A stretch of DNA of 64,000 bases from the human T2T-CHM13v2.0 reference genome, Homo sapiens (GCF_009914755.1 NC_060931.1), one strand, 5' to 3'. Shown: positions 16,008 through 28,215, counted from the first letter of the stretch. Notes: generated by a model from the sequence alone, not told the origin. A program made the numbers and translations.

Positions 16008-16434
16008 GGCCAGGCACAGTGACTCAGGCCTGTATCCCAGTGCTTTGGGCAGCCAAGAGAGGAGGATCACTTGAGGCCAGGAGTTAGAGTCCAGCCTGGG
16101 CAACGGAGCAAGACCCTGTCTCTACAAAAAAAATCTAAAACTTAGCCAGGCGTGGTGGTGCACGCCTGTAGTCCCAACAACTTGGAAGGCTGAGGCAGGA
16201 GAGTCGCTTGAGCCCAGGAGTTAGAGACCAGCCTGGGCAACAGAGCAAGACCCTGTCTCTACAAAAAAATATAAAAATTAGCCAGGTGGGGTGCTGTATG
16301 CCTGTAGTCCCAGCAACTCAGAAAACTGAGGTGGGAGGATCACTTGAGCCCAGGAGTTTGAGACTGCAGTGAGCTATGACTGTGCCACTGAACTCCAGCC
16401 TGGGTCTGGTTCCAGACAGAGCAAGACCCCATTC
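16008..16434 (+). mobile_element. Trimeric AluJ
   Basis: Three monomers and two A-rich linkers. Confidence 0.88.
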
Positions 16435-16559
16435 TGCAAGCCTGCCACCCCCCAAAAAGTGTCTGGCCATAGCTCCTCAGATTCTCTTTTATAGACAGTA
16501 AGAGCCAAAAGTTTGGAAAAAACCTTAGAGAAGTCATCTAGTCCAACTCTCTATTCAAG

Positions 16560-16740
16560 GCAGTGTCCACTATGGGCATAACTCTCAAAATTCATGAGAA
16601 ACGTGTTGAAATACATATGCCTGAATCTTTCCCCAAAATATTCTGATTCAGTAGATCTAAGGCTGGGCCCAAGAATCTTCATTATTAACAAGCTCCCAGA
16701 TGATCCTGATGCTGGAAATCTGCAGAATTCACTTGGTGAA
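16560..16740. mobile_element. MER5A hAT-Charlie element
   Basis: ATTCTGATTCAGTAGATCTAAGGCTGGGCCCAAGAATC...TTAACAAGCTCCCAGATGATCCTGATGCTG. Confidence 0.8.
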
Positions 16741-16860
16741 ATGCTATATCCTAAGTTTCCATGTGACACCAACGCTTCAAAACCTCTAGGGCTGTGGTTT
16801 TCATGTCCAAGCAGGCAGCCAGCACTCAGGCAGATTTTATTATTAAAAAGGAGGCCAAGG

Positions 16861-17395
16861 GGCTGAGCATGGTGGCTCATGCCTGTAGTCCCTGCACCTC
16901 GGGAGGCTGAGGAAGTCAGATCGTTTGAGCCAAGGAGTTCAAGACCAGCCTGGGTAACACGGCGAAACTATCCCTACAAGAAATACAAAAATTAGATGGG
17001 CAAGGTAGTGCGTACCTATAGTCCCAGCTACTCAGGAGGCTTAGGTGGGTGGATCACTTGAACCCAGGAGGCGGAGGTTGCGATGAACAGAGATAGCACC
17101 ACTGCACCCCAGCTTGGGCAAGAGAACAAGACCCTGTCTCAAAAAAAAGAAAAATGAGGTCAAGGTAGGAGGATTGCTTGAGCCCAGGAGTCTGAGACCA
17201 GCCTGGGCAACATAGCCAGACCCTGTATCTACAAAACATAAAAGATTAGCAGGTTGTGCCTGTGGTCTCAGCTACTCAGGAGGCTAAGGCAGGAAGATCA
17301 CTTGAGCCCAGGAGTTCGAGGCTGCAGTGAGTTATGATCCCACCACTACACTCCAGCCTGGGCAACAGAGTGAGATCCTATCTCAAAATAAATAA
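16861..17395 (+). mobile_element. Two tandem Alus (full-length Alu followed by a 5'-truncated AluJ from about 17156)
   Basis: Two consecutive Alu bodies, each with an A tail. Confidence 0.9.
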
Positions 17396-17996
17396 CTAAT
17401 TTTAAAGGACTTGCTTGTTCATTAGCCCACTGGTGCCGGCTCTGCATCCCGGAGCTGCCTGCAGCTATTCTTCCTCCTAGAACGACCCTCCAGATATTAG
17501 AAGACCCCTGTTTGCCCTTCCCCCTGAGATTTCCCTTTTCCTTTCAGTTTCTTTCAATGGTTCCTTTTCCTGATTTAGGATCAAGTGCAAATGCATGGAG
17601 CTATGAGACCCACCATGACACTCACACCTGTCTCTGTCCAGGCCCATGGTTCCTCAGTGCTTGCTTCACACGTGAGATTTCCACAAAACCCAAGAGCGGT
17701 TGTCCACACACATTGCAGCCGTAGGTTTCCATGCCTTAGCTCATGGTTTGTTAGTTTTGTTTTATTTTCGTTTTTGTTTTTTTTTAATGTGAAATATGTT
17801 TCTCTGACTCCTCTCCTCTTCTCCGCCTTCTTTTTGAGGTGGTAGAACTTCAAGAGTCACTCAGGCCAGGTAGCCTCTAAGAAATCTTCATCACACCACA
17901 GATCAAACCCCATGCAATTTCTGTGTGCTTCGTTTCACCCCAGCCTTCCTCTACTATGTCATCAATCGCCATGTTATTCATAATTATCTGTATTCT

Positions 17997-18560
17997 AGCT
18001 GGGCATGGTGGCACTTATCTGTAGTCCCAGCTACTCGAGAGGCCTAAGCAGGAGGATCACTTGAGTCCAGGAGTTTGAGACCAGCCTAGACAACATAGCA
18101 AGACCCTGTCCCTACAAAAAAAAAAAAAAAAAGTAAAAAATTAGCCAAGCATGGTGACATGCTCCTGTAATCCCAGCTACTCCAGAGGTCTAGGTGGGAG
18201 GATCACTTGAGTCCAGGAGTTTGAGACCAGCCTAGGCAACATAGCAAGACCCTGTCTCTAACAAAAGATAAAAAATTAGAGCGCTTGGTGGCATGCACTT
18301 GTAGTCCTAGCTACTCCGGAGGCCTGGATGGGAGGATCACTTGAGTCCAGGAGTTTGAGACCAACCTAGGCAACGTAGCAAGACCCTGTCTCTACCAAAA
18401 GATAAAAAATTTGAGCACATGGTTGTGCATGTACTTGTTGTCCCAGCTACTCCAGAAGCCCAGACAGTAGGATTGCTTGAGCCTCAAAGTCGAGGCTGCA
18501 GTGAGCTATGATCACGCCACTGTACTCAAGCCTGGGTGACAAAGCAAGTCTCAAAAAAAT
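17997..18560 (+). mobile_element. Tetrameric AluJ-derived tandem array
   Basis: Three ~130-145 bp monomers plus a right monomer, followed by an AT-rich tail. Confidence 0.88.
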
Positions 18561-18654
18561 AATAATATTATAAAATAATATAAAAATATAAAATATATAA
18601 TATTATAAAAAATATAAAATTTATAAAACATTATAAATAAATGTAATAGCCATA

Positions 18655-19016
18655 TAAAGAGATATAGGGCAGAGTATGGGAAAAGAGTGCAGAGCTCTGA
18701 AACCCTCTCTGGGCACACCACCCTCCCAGCATCTCAATGTGTCCTCCAACTCAAAAGCTCTCTAAGTCCCATCCTTTACAGTTTTATGGAGGTTCCATTA
18801 TGTAGGAACGACTGATTAAGTCACTTGCCATTAGTGATTCAATCTCCAGCCCCTCACCTCTCCCTGGAGGTCAGGGGATGGGGCTGAAACTTCCAGCCCT
18901 CTAACCCCATCGTTGGTTCCTCTGGCAACCAGCCCCCATCCTCCAGGAGTTACCTCATCAGCATAAACTCAAGTGTGGATGAAAGGAGCTTATTATGAAT
19001 AACAAAAGATGCTCCT
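18655..19016. mobile_element. MER21-family LTR fragment
   Basis: CAATCTCCAGCCCCTCACCTCTCCCTGGAGGTCAGGGGATGGGGCTGAAA...GGCAACCAGCCCCCATCC. Confidence 0.75.
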
Positions 19017-19537
19017 GAGTCAAATGGGAGTTTTGTTTTAAGTTCTTTGAGAAATCACCAAACTGCTTTCCACAACAGCTGAACGAATTTACACTCCCAC
19101 CAGCAGTGTGTAAGCATTCCCTTGTCTAAGCAACCTCACCAGCATCTTTTATATTTTGACTTTTTAATAATAGCCATCTTCACTGGTGTGAGATGGTGTC
19201 TCATTGTGGTTTTGATTTGCATTTCTCTAATGATTCGTGATGTTGAGCATTTTTCCATGTTTGTTGGCCACATGTATGTCTTCTTTCAATATGGGTCTAT
19301 TCATCGACTTTGCCCACTTTTTAATGGGGTTGTTTGTTTTTTCTTGTTAATATGTTTAGGTTTCTTATAGATTATGGGTATTAGTCTTTGGTCGGATGCA
19401 TAGTTTGCAAATATTTCCTCCTATTCTGTAGGTTGCCTGTTTACTCTGTTGATAGTTTCTTTTGCTGTGCAGAAGCACTTTAGTTTAATTAGGTTACATT
19501 TGTCGATTTTCGTTCTGGCTGCAGTTGCTTTTGGTGA
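19017..19537 (-). mobile_element. Old primate L1 (L1PA/L1PB) ORF2 3' segment, antisense
   Basis: GGTGTGAGATGGTGTCTCATTGTGGTTTTGATTTGCATTTCTCTAATGA; translates [29 protein letters not shown]. Confidence 0.92.
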
Positions 19538-19628
19538 AAAACTGCCTGTGCTTATGACCTGAGTGACAAAATAATCTGTACACCAAACCCCCGTGACACG
19601 CAATTTACCTATATAACGAGCCTGTACT
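19538..19628 (+). mobile_element. L1 3' UTR fragment, sense
   Basis: TGACAAAATAATCTGTACACCAAACCCCCGTGACACGCAATTTACCTATATAAC. Confidence 0.85.
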
Positions 19629-19900
19629 TCAGGTCAGCTGCAGAGAGCCACTCACTTATGGTCACACCACAAAGGTGTAAACCAAAAATAAAATTCCTAG
19701 GCCCCAACCAACTGAGTGAGCCCCTTTCTTAAACAAGGGGATCTGAAAAAACTAAAACTAAAATACTAGTTCAGGTCATGGCAGAAAGAGGGGGACATGT
19801 CCCAATATACCCCTTCCCTTTGGAGTTCAGGCACAACTAACCAGCATTAACATTAAAATAGAGATCATAAGACCACAAAACAGACATTTTGTAGTAATAA

Positions 19901-20539
19901 CGTCAGAGGCGTTTGAACCTGAGTGAGCAGAGTGACTCCATCTTGAACAGGGGCTGGGTAAAATAAGGCTGAGACCTGCTAGACTGCATTCCCAGGAGGT
20001 GAGGAATTCTTAGTCACAGGATAAGACAGGAGGTTGGCATAAGACACAGGTCACAAAGACCTTGCTGATAAAACAGGATGCAGAAAAGAAGCCGGCCAAG
20101 ACCCACCAAGATGGTGATGAAAGTGACCTCTGGTTGTCCTCACTGCTCATTACACTCTAATTATAATGCATTAGCATGCTAAGAGACACTCCCACCAGTG
20201 CCATGACAGTTTACAAATGCCATAGCAACACCTGGAAGTTACCCTACATGGTGTAAAGCAGGCAGAAACCCTCAGTTCCAGAAAAATTGCTCACTCCTTT
20301 CCTGGAAAACTCATGAATAACCCACTTCTTGTTTAGCATATAATCAAGACATAACTATAAGTAACCTTCGTCCAGCAGCCTACACCCCTACTCTGCCTAT
20401 GGAACAGCCATTCTTTACTCCTTTACTTTCCTAATAAACTTGCTTTCACTTTACTCTATGGACTCACCCCAAATTCTTTCTTGTGCAAAATCCAGGAGCC
20501 CTCTCTTGGGGTCTGGATCAAAACCCCTTTCCAGTAACA
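19901..20539 (+). mobile_element. MER41B-like solo LTR
   Basis: GTCAGAGGCGTTTGAACC...GACTCCATCTTGAA start; GGGGTCTGGATC...CCCCTTTCCAGTAACA end; ATAA/GTAA flanks. Confidence 0.88.
20299..20307. promoter_or_regulatory. GAS (STAT) motif TTCCTGGAA
   Basis: TTCNNNGAA at the MER41B GAS position; function untested. Confidence 0.45.
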
Positions 20540-21255
20540 GTAATATACCAATTTCCAACCTGATTCTGGTATAGCATCACATGACAGAGAGCAGGCTCTG
20601 AAGGAAATCACAGTATTTTACCCCAAAATATATGTCTTTGTCATATTTTGAAATGACCCTGCAAAGCCGTCTCTTGTGGGAGAAATTTGCGTTCTGTAGA
20701 GAATCTCCTTCCCTTTCCAGGCCTTTTCCTGACCCAGGAGAGAATTAACTAAGAGTCTGACACCTTTTAAGATCCTAAAAGAGGCATTTACCATCCATTC
20801 TCTCTGAAGCCTGTTACCTAGAGGCTTCTTCTATGTAAAACCCAACTTCCCTATCTTAACTCAAGCATCTATTTTTCTGCTGACTTCAACTCTTTAGGCA
20901 AAGCTAACTTCTTCAACCAACTGTCAACCAGAAAATCTTTAAATTTACCTAGTGACACGTCAGCTCCAGCTTCAAGATGGCCTGTGTTTCAGGGCTGAAC
21001 CAATATATACTTTCTAAGAAGATGTTACCCGAAAGGTGTCCCAATCCAGACCCCAAGAGAAGGTTCTTAGACCTTGCACAGGAAAGAATTCGGGGCAAGT
21101 CCATAGAGTAAAATGAAAGCAAGTTTTTTAAGAAAGTAAAGGAATAAAAGAATGGCTACTCTGTAGGCAGAGCAGCGGCATGGGCCGCCCTACTGAGTAT
21201 ACTTACACTTACTTCTTGATTGTATGCTAAACAAGGGGTAGATTATTCATGAGTT

Positions 21256-21285
21256 TTCCAGGAAAGGGGTGGGCAATTCCTGGAA
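21256..21285. promoter_or_regulatory. Tandem GAS motifs TTCCAGGAA and TTCCTGGAA
   Basis: Two intact TTCNNNGAA sites starting 21 bp apart; function untested. Confidence 0.55.
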
Positions 21286-21470
21286 CTGAGGGTTCTTCCC
21301 CTTTTTAGACATTATAGGGTAACTTCCAGGTGTTACCATAGCATTTGTAAACTGTCTTGGTGCTGGTATGAGTGTCTCTTAGCATGCTAACGCATTCTAA
21401 TTAACATACAATGAGCAGTGAGGATGACCAGAGATCACTTTTGTGGCCATTTTGGTTTTGGCCGGCTTCT

Positions 21471-21774
21471 CTTTTTTTTTTTTTTTTTTTTTGAGATGGA
21501 GTTTCACTCTTGTTGCCCAGGGTGGAGTGCGATGGCGCCATTGCGGCTCACCACAACCTCCACCTCCTGGGTTCAAGCAATTCTGCCTCAGCCTCCTGAG
21601 TAGCTGGGATTACAGGCATGTACCACTACACCCAGCAAATTTTGTGTTTTTAGTAGAGACGGGGTTTCTCCATGTTGATCAGGCTGGTCTCGAACTCCCG
21701 ACCTCAGGTGATCTGCCCACCTCGGCCTCCCAAAGTGTTGGGATTGCAGGTGTGAGCCACCACACCCGTTGGCC
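21471..21774 (-). mobile_element. AluSq/Sp-like inside MER41B
   Basis: GAGTTTCACTCTTGTTGCCC; flanks GCCGGCTTCT / GCCAGCTTCT. Confidence 0.93.
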
Positions 21775-22169
21775 AGCTTCTTTACTGTTTTATCAGCAAT
21801 GTCTTCGTGACCTGTATCTTGTGCCAACCTCCTATCTCCTCCTGGGAGATGCAGGAGGAAGAATTCCTAACTTCCTGGGAATGCAGCCCGGTAGGTCTCA
21901 GCCTTATTTCACCCAGCCCCTATTCAAGATGGAGTCGTTCTGGTTTAAACACCTCTGACATATTTTGACAAATTGGTTTATGTCTTTACCTGTAACTTCT
22001 GTCTCCCTAAAATGCATAAAACCAAGCTGTAACCCCACCACCTTGGGCACATGTTCTGAAGACCTCCTGAGGCTGTGTCATGGGCCATGGTCACTCTTAT
22101 TTGGCTCAGAATAAACCTCTTCAAATGTTTGACAGAGTTTGGCTTTTGTTGTCTATAGCAATAACCTAC

Positions 22170-22419
22170 ATCTAAGTCACATCCTGACCCTGAATGTGGT
22201 GGGAATAGAAAGGCTGGGATGTTTTTGCTCGTCTTGGGACACTCCAGAGGCCAATACTGATCCAAGCTCCTGCTTCATTGGCTGAAGATTTGTGGGTTCT
22301 GCTCCAGTTCCCCATCTTTCTCAGTTCAGTCCTGTTTCCTTCTTGCTTCCTTTCCCCATAAACATCCTGCACCCCAACCTTTGTCTCAAAGCTGCTTCCA
22401 GAAAGCCCAGCCTGTGATA
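22170..22419 (+). mobile_element. LTR16-like (ERVL) 3' fragment
   Basis: ATAAACATCCTGCAC...GTCTCAAAGCTGCTTCCAGAAAGCCCAGCCTGTGA. Confidence 0.55.
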
Positions 22420-23144
22420 CCACAGTCTCTTGACTACAAACCCACTGTTTACTTCCATAAGAATGACAGATACATATTTTTTTAAGCTTGAAAAACAAAC
22501 CCTCAACACATCTATGCCTGAGGCAAAGCAGGGCAGAAGATCACAGGGTTTCTGTTATGCCAAAATCTCTCCTAGGTAAACGCTGCGTGCAGGCATCTAA
22601 GCCCCTGGAGGTGCTTCAATTTATATTTCATGTGCAAACACTCTAAGGAGGGCTGCGTGTGGAAGCCAGATCAAAACATTTATCCTCACTGTGTCTTGGA
22701 AAAAACTTATTAGCTGGCTGTATACAGATATTGAAGAGGAGCAGAAAAATGGAGGGAAAGAAAAAGAACAACCGCCAAAAAAAAAAAAAAATCTGTCGCT
22801 ACCAGTTAAATAGAGAAGGCTGGTAGCAACAGATTTTTGGAGAGCCAGGGCTGCAGGTGGCAACTGTAATATATTGTTATGCATCGCCACCAGAGCCCTT
22901 GTAGAGCAACCGCAGACCATGTCTGACATTGCCTTCGCTGACCTTTTCAATATTGCCCCAGCGCGGTGGAGCTGGTGTTTCTAGAAGAATTCAAATCGAA
23001 TGTACTCAGGCAGAAAGGATTTGGCTGTGGGCAAACCCTATCAGTCTCTTCACGTTTCGCCTTGTCATTCTCATGTAAATTGCAATTCTTTATTAGCATG
23101 GCCAGTCTTCTACCCAGGTGCAAGATGCTCCCGTCTAAATGTTA

Positions 23145-23806
<662 letters not shown>

Positions 23807-24145
23807 TGCCCTTCCTTTTATAAATTTCCCCAAGTACACCAATCTCTTCATGTCTCACCAGCACATAGTCATTGGCAGAGGAGACTCTGGGGAGAGCTGC
23901 CTTAGGAGACAGAGGGAGCCTTAGAGAGGCTTAGAGTGCAAGTTGGTAACACTGTGGATTATATAATCTTTCACTGCTTTCTCTGCTGCTAAAAGCATGA
24001 CCAGGTTGGTAGCAATCATTTAAGGCCCCATGACTGCACATGGCAGTGCTCCAAGATCCCATAAGGACAGGCTCAGAGATCAGGATCTCCTGCCGAAGTG
24101 TTTCTCTTATTCCTATTCATTGCTTACCTTCCTTGCATACAGCCA

Positions 24146-24330
24146 CAGTTCTCAAAGTGTCATCTGCATTGCAGAAGCATCGGTAGCACCTGGGAGCTTG
24201 TCAGAAATGCAAATCCCCAGGTGCCATCCTAGACTTACTGAGTCAGACAGTCTGGGGTGGGGCCTAGCAAACCGAGTTTTGGCAAGCTTTTCAGATGATT
24301 CTGATCCACGCCAAAGTGTAAGAGCTCCTG
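24146..24330. mobile_element. MER5A
   Basis: GTTCTCAAAGTGT...CACCTGGGAGCTTGTCAGAAATGCAAAT...GATTCTGATCCACGCCAAAGT. Confidence 0.85.
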
Positions 24331-24411
24331 CTCTGATAGAAGCCTTTGTCTATCTCTCTAGCCTAATCTGCATCTAGCTCAGGGACTTTTAATCACTTGA
24401 GGGGAGGGGAC

Positions 24412-24767
24412 TGTATTAGTCCATTTTCACACTGCTATTAAAGATGCTACCTGCGACTGGGTAATTTCTAATGAAAGGAGGTTTAATTGACTCACAGTTC
24501 TGCATGGCTGGGGAGGCCTCAGGAAACTTAAAATCATGGTGGAAGGCAAAGGGGAAAGCACGACACGTCTTACACGGCTACAAGAGCAAGACGGGGGCAA
24601 GGGAACTGTCAAACACTTTTAAACCATTAGCTCTCATGATAACTCACACACTATAACGAGAACGGCATAGGGGAAATCCATCCGCATGATCCAATTACGT
24701 CCCACCAGGTCCCTCCCTCAACACATGGGGATTACAATTTGAGATGACACAGAGCCAGACCACGTCA
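24412..24767 (-). mobile_element. THE1D-like MaLR solo LTR, TSD GGGAC
   Basis: TGTATTAGTCCATTTTCACACTGCTA...GACCACGTCA with 5-bp TSD. Confidence 0.9.
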
Positions 24768-25028
24768 GGGACAGTAGGTTTATCTCACCATGGTCGCCTC
24801 CTTAGAGGCGTATCTAAGGAGGAGAAACTTTGCCTGGCAAAGCAGTCAACAATTTAATGTTCCAGAAACATGGAGACAATGAATTAGAAGAGAATGAACT
24901 GACTTCTCCAGTGGCTAGAGGTCAATAATGTAGGGAAAACTAGAACCACCCCTTCCCTGGCATTTTTGGGGGCAGGTGAACCTCCTGGAGATATAGCCAT
25001 ACAAGGGAATCTACGAACTGTGATGTTA

Positions 25029-25352
<324 letters not shown>

Positions 25353-26420
25353 TCACGTGGCACTTTCTCGGCTGGGCTATCAGTCCACATACACAGGAAA
25401 CTGGTCATTAGTGAGAGATGGAGAGCAGCACCCAGGCACTTGCAGGCTTAGAACAGGAGCGATCAGGCTGTACCTCTGCAATGGGGGAGGACTTAATCCC
25501 AGCAAGTGGCAGAAATACTTGGCAGGAGAACCGAGGCAGCAGCCCAGTATGGGGACAGGATACAGAGGAAGATGGTTCTCGACCCAGATAGCAGGTCGAT
25601 GGCAGCACAGTCATCTCCAGCTGGCTAAGGCCTGACTTACGCATCCTGTCCCAGTTAAGGTTGGCTCAGGAGCTGGGGAGCCTCATTCTGATAGGAAAAG
25701 GATCAAAACAGCCTTGTGAGGAAAGACTAGAAAGACAAGAGCAGATGGGTCCAATCCAAACTTACAGGTTTGAGAGTTTAAATAAATTCAAGGACTTTTC
25801 TCCCCACAAGCGAGGGATCTGAGGAGTCCATTGAAGCAAATACAACAGACACTCTGTGCTAAAAAAGAAAGAGCTTATAAAGAAGGCGGAAAAGGCTTCC
25901 ATCACATCAAAAAGCTCTGAGAAAACAATATTTTGTCAAGTTAAGTGTAAAATAATCAAAAACATGTGGATAATGTCTCTAAAAATATACACAGCTCTGA
26001 AAATCAAGGTGGAGAAGAAGCTGATAAAATCTGTTTTGGTTTTGGCAGAATTCAACATGTTTGGGAGCGAGGTGCACCTCTTCAGGAAACAGGTTTTTCC
26101 TATTATTTTTCTTTCTCCCCACTCATAATCCTTGGGATTCAAGGAGGTTTAGAGGGAAAAGATCTTCAAAATCATCTCCTGGGCTCCCTCATTTAACACA
26201 CGCTGAGGCTTCAGAAGGTTCAGTTATGTATAGAATTTCATAAATAAACAATGGTAAACCTTAGAGCACTGGAAAACCAGATCAGAGATTATTTTACTAA
26301 ACAGAATTTCCTCTGTTATCTTTGTCTTCAAGTGACATATCCAGGAGCCATTCAAGACCAAGTGATTCACATACTCCATGGATCTTCTTTCCTACACTCA
26401 GGCCATACCTAGACATTGGG

Positions 26421-26789
26421 TGTATTCATCCTTTTTCACACTGCTATGAAGAAATACCTGAGACTTGGTAATTTATAAAGGAAAGATATTTAATTGACTC
26501 ACAGTTCCCTATGGCTGGGGAGGCCTCAGGGAACTTATCATCATGGTGGAAGGGGAAGCAGGCACGTCTTACATGGCAGCTCGCAAGAGACAGCCTGTGA
26601 AGGAGGAACTGTCAAACACTTATAAAACCATCAGATCTTATGAGAATGAACTCACTATCACGAGAACAGCATGCAGGAAACCTCCCCCATCATCCAATCA
26701 CCTCGCATAGGTCCCTCCCTCAACACATGGGGATTATGGGGATTACGAGTCAAGATAAGATTTGGTGGGGACACAGCCAAACCATATCA
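26421..26789 (-). mobile_element. THE1C/D MaLR solo LTR
   Basis: ...GGGGACACAGCCAAACCATATCA end; TTGGG/TTGGA flanks. Confidence 0.9.
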
Positions 26790-26926
26790 TTGGATAAAGA
26801 CAAATTTGATAGATACATCCTGGTCTTGGGCCTTGCCAAACTTGGGAGCTAAACCAGGAGAGATGCCCCACGTCTGCAGGGTTTGTGCCTTCTCACTTAT
26901 CTTAGTTTGTAATCTGAAAAACAAAG

Positions 26927-27790
26927 TGTATTAGTCCTTTCTTAGATTGCTACCCAAGACTGGGTAATTTACGAAGAAAAGAGGTTTCATTGACTCACAG
27001 TTCCACAGGCTGTATAGGATGCATGGCTGGGAAGACTCAGGAAATGTACAATCATGGTGGAAGGTGAAGGGGAAGCAAGCACATCTTACACGGCAGGAGC
27101 AGGAGGAAGAGAGAGAAGGGGGATGTGCTACACACTTTTAAACAACCAGATCTCGTAAGAGCTCAGTCACTATCATGAGAACAGAAAGAGAATTACTGGA
27201 AGAGATTACCGAGAATGTAGCACAAAGAGATGAGGAAAGGAAATTTGGTCTAATATACACCTAATCAAAGTTCCAAGAGAAGAAAGTGTACAGAACACAG
27301 AAGAGAAAATATTAAGAGAAGTAATCGCTGAGAATTTTTAAAAAACAGTGGAAGATGTAAATCTTCAGATTTAGATACCACAACAAATCTAAAGCAGGAG
27401 TCGTAAAAAGACCATTGTATTAGTCCATTCTCATATTGCTATGAAGAACTACCTGAGACTGGGTAATTTATGAAGAAAATAGGTTTAATTGGCTCATCGT
27501 TCTGCAGGCTGTATAGGAAGCATGGCTGGGAGGCCTCGGGAAACTTACAATCATGGCAGAAGACAAAGTGGAAGCAAGCACATCTTCACATGTCAGATCA
27601 GGAGAGAGAGCAAAGGGGAAAGTGCTGCATACTTTTAAACAACTAGATCTTGTGAGAACTCACTATTATGAAAACAGCAAGAGGGAAATCTGCCCCGGTG
27701 ATCCAATCACCTCCCACCAGGCCCCTCCTCCAACACTGGGGATTACAGTTCAATATAAGATTTGGATAAGGACAGAGCCAAACCATATCA
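26927..27790 (-). mobile_element. Composite element: partial MSTA LTR (26927 to about 27185), copied L1 segment, full MSTA LTR (27416-27790); single TSD CAAAG
   Basis: CAAAG at 26922-26926 and 27791-27795; middle segment about 90% identical to 51878-52114. Confidence 0.88.
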
Positions 27791-27879
27791 CAAAGTCAAG
27801 GTGTGGGAGTGAGGATCATTAAAAAGTAACTAAGAAGCCCAGCCATGAGATGCCAAGGTCCATCATTCATTGAGAGACA

Positions 27880-28215
27880 TTAGAGACATGTACATAATTA
27901 CATAATGATAAAAGGGTCAGTTTTCCAAGAAGACATAACACTCCTAAACGCACACATGCCAAACAACAGAGCCTCAAAATATATCAATCAAAACTGATAG
28001 AGCTGAACAGAGAAACAGGCCAATCCACAACTGGAGACTTCAACACTCTATTCTCAGCCATTGACGGAACTACTAAACAGAAAACCAGTATGAATACAGA
28101 AGAATTGAGTAACAGGGTCAACAAACAAGATCTAGTCGAAATATATACAACACCCTACCCAACATCAGCAGAATCTGCATTTTTTAATCAAGGGCCCATG
28201 TAACATTTACCAAGA
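27880..28215 (+). mobile_element. Old L1M ORF2 endonuclease-region fragment
   Basis: ATAATGATAAAAGGGTCA...AACAACAGAGCCTCAAAATA...GGAGACTTCAACAC. Confidence 0.85.

Larger units (their letters stand above)
21023..21960 (-). mobile_element. MER41B-like solo LTR, interrupted by an Alu
   Basis: Reverse-complement homolog of 19901-20539; TGTTACC...CCTCTGACA. Confidence 0.88.
19676..22157 (+). mobile_element. MER4E-like (ERV1) solo LTR, interrupted by two MER41B LTRs
   Basis: TGTAAACCAAAAATAAAATTC start; resumes at 20540 and about 21970; AATAAACCTCTTCAAA...ACAGAGTTTGGCTTTTG end. Confidence 0.8.

Noticed and set aside
17997-18560. Regularly spaced repeats superficially like a CRISPR array
   Set aside because: The units are Alu monomers in primate DNA, with no unique spacers or cas genes.
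25856-26128. 90-aa Lys-rich ORF in non-repeat DNA
   Set aside because: Non-ATG start, no recognisable homology and no pseudogene hallmarks.
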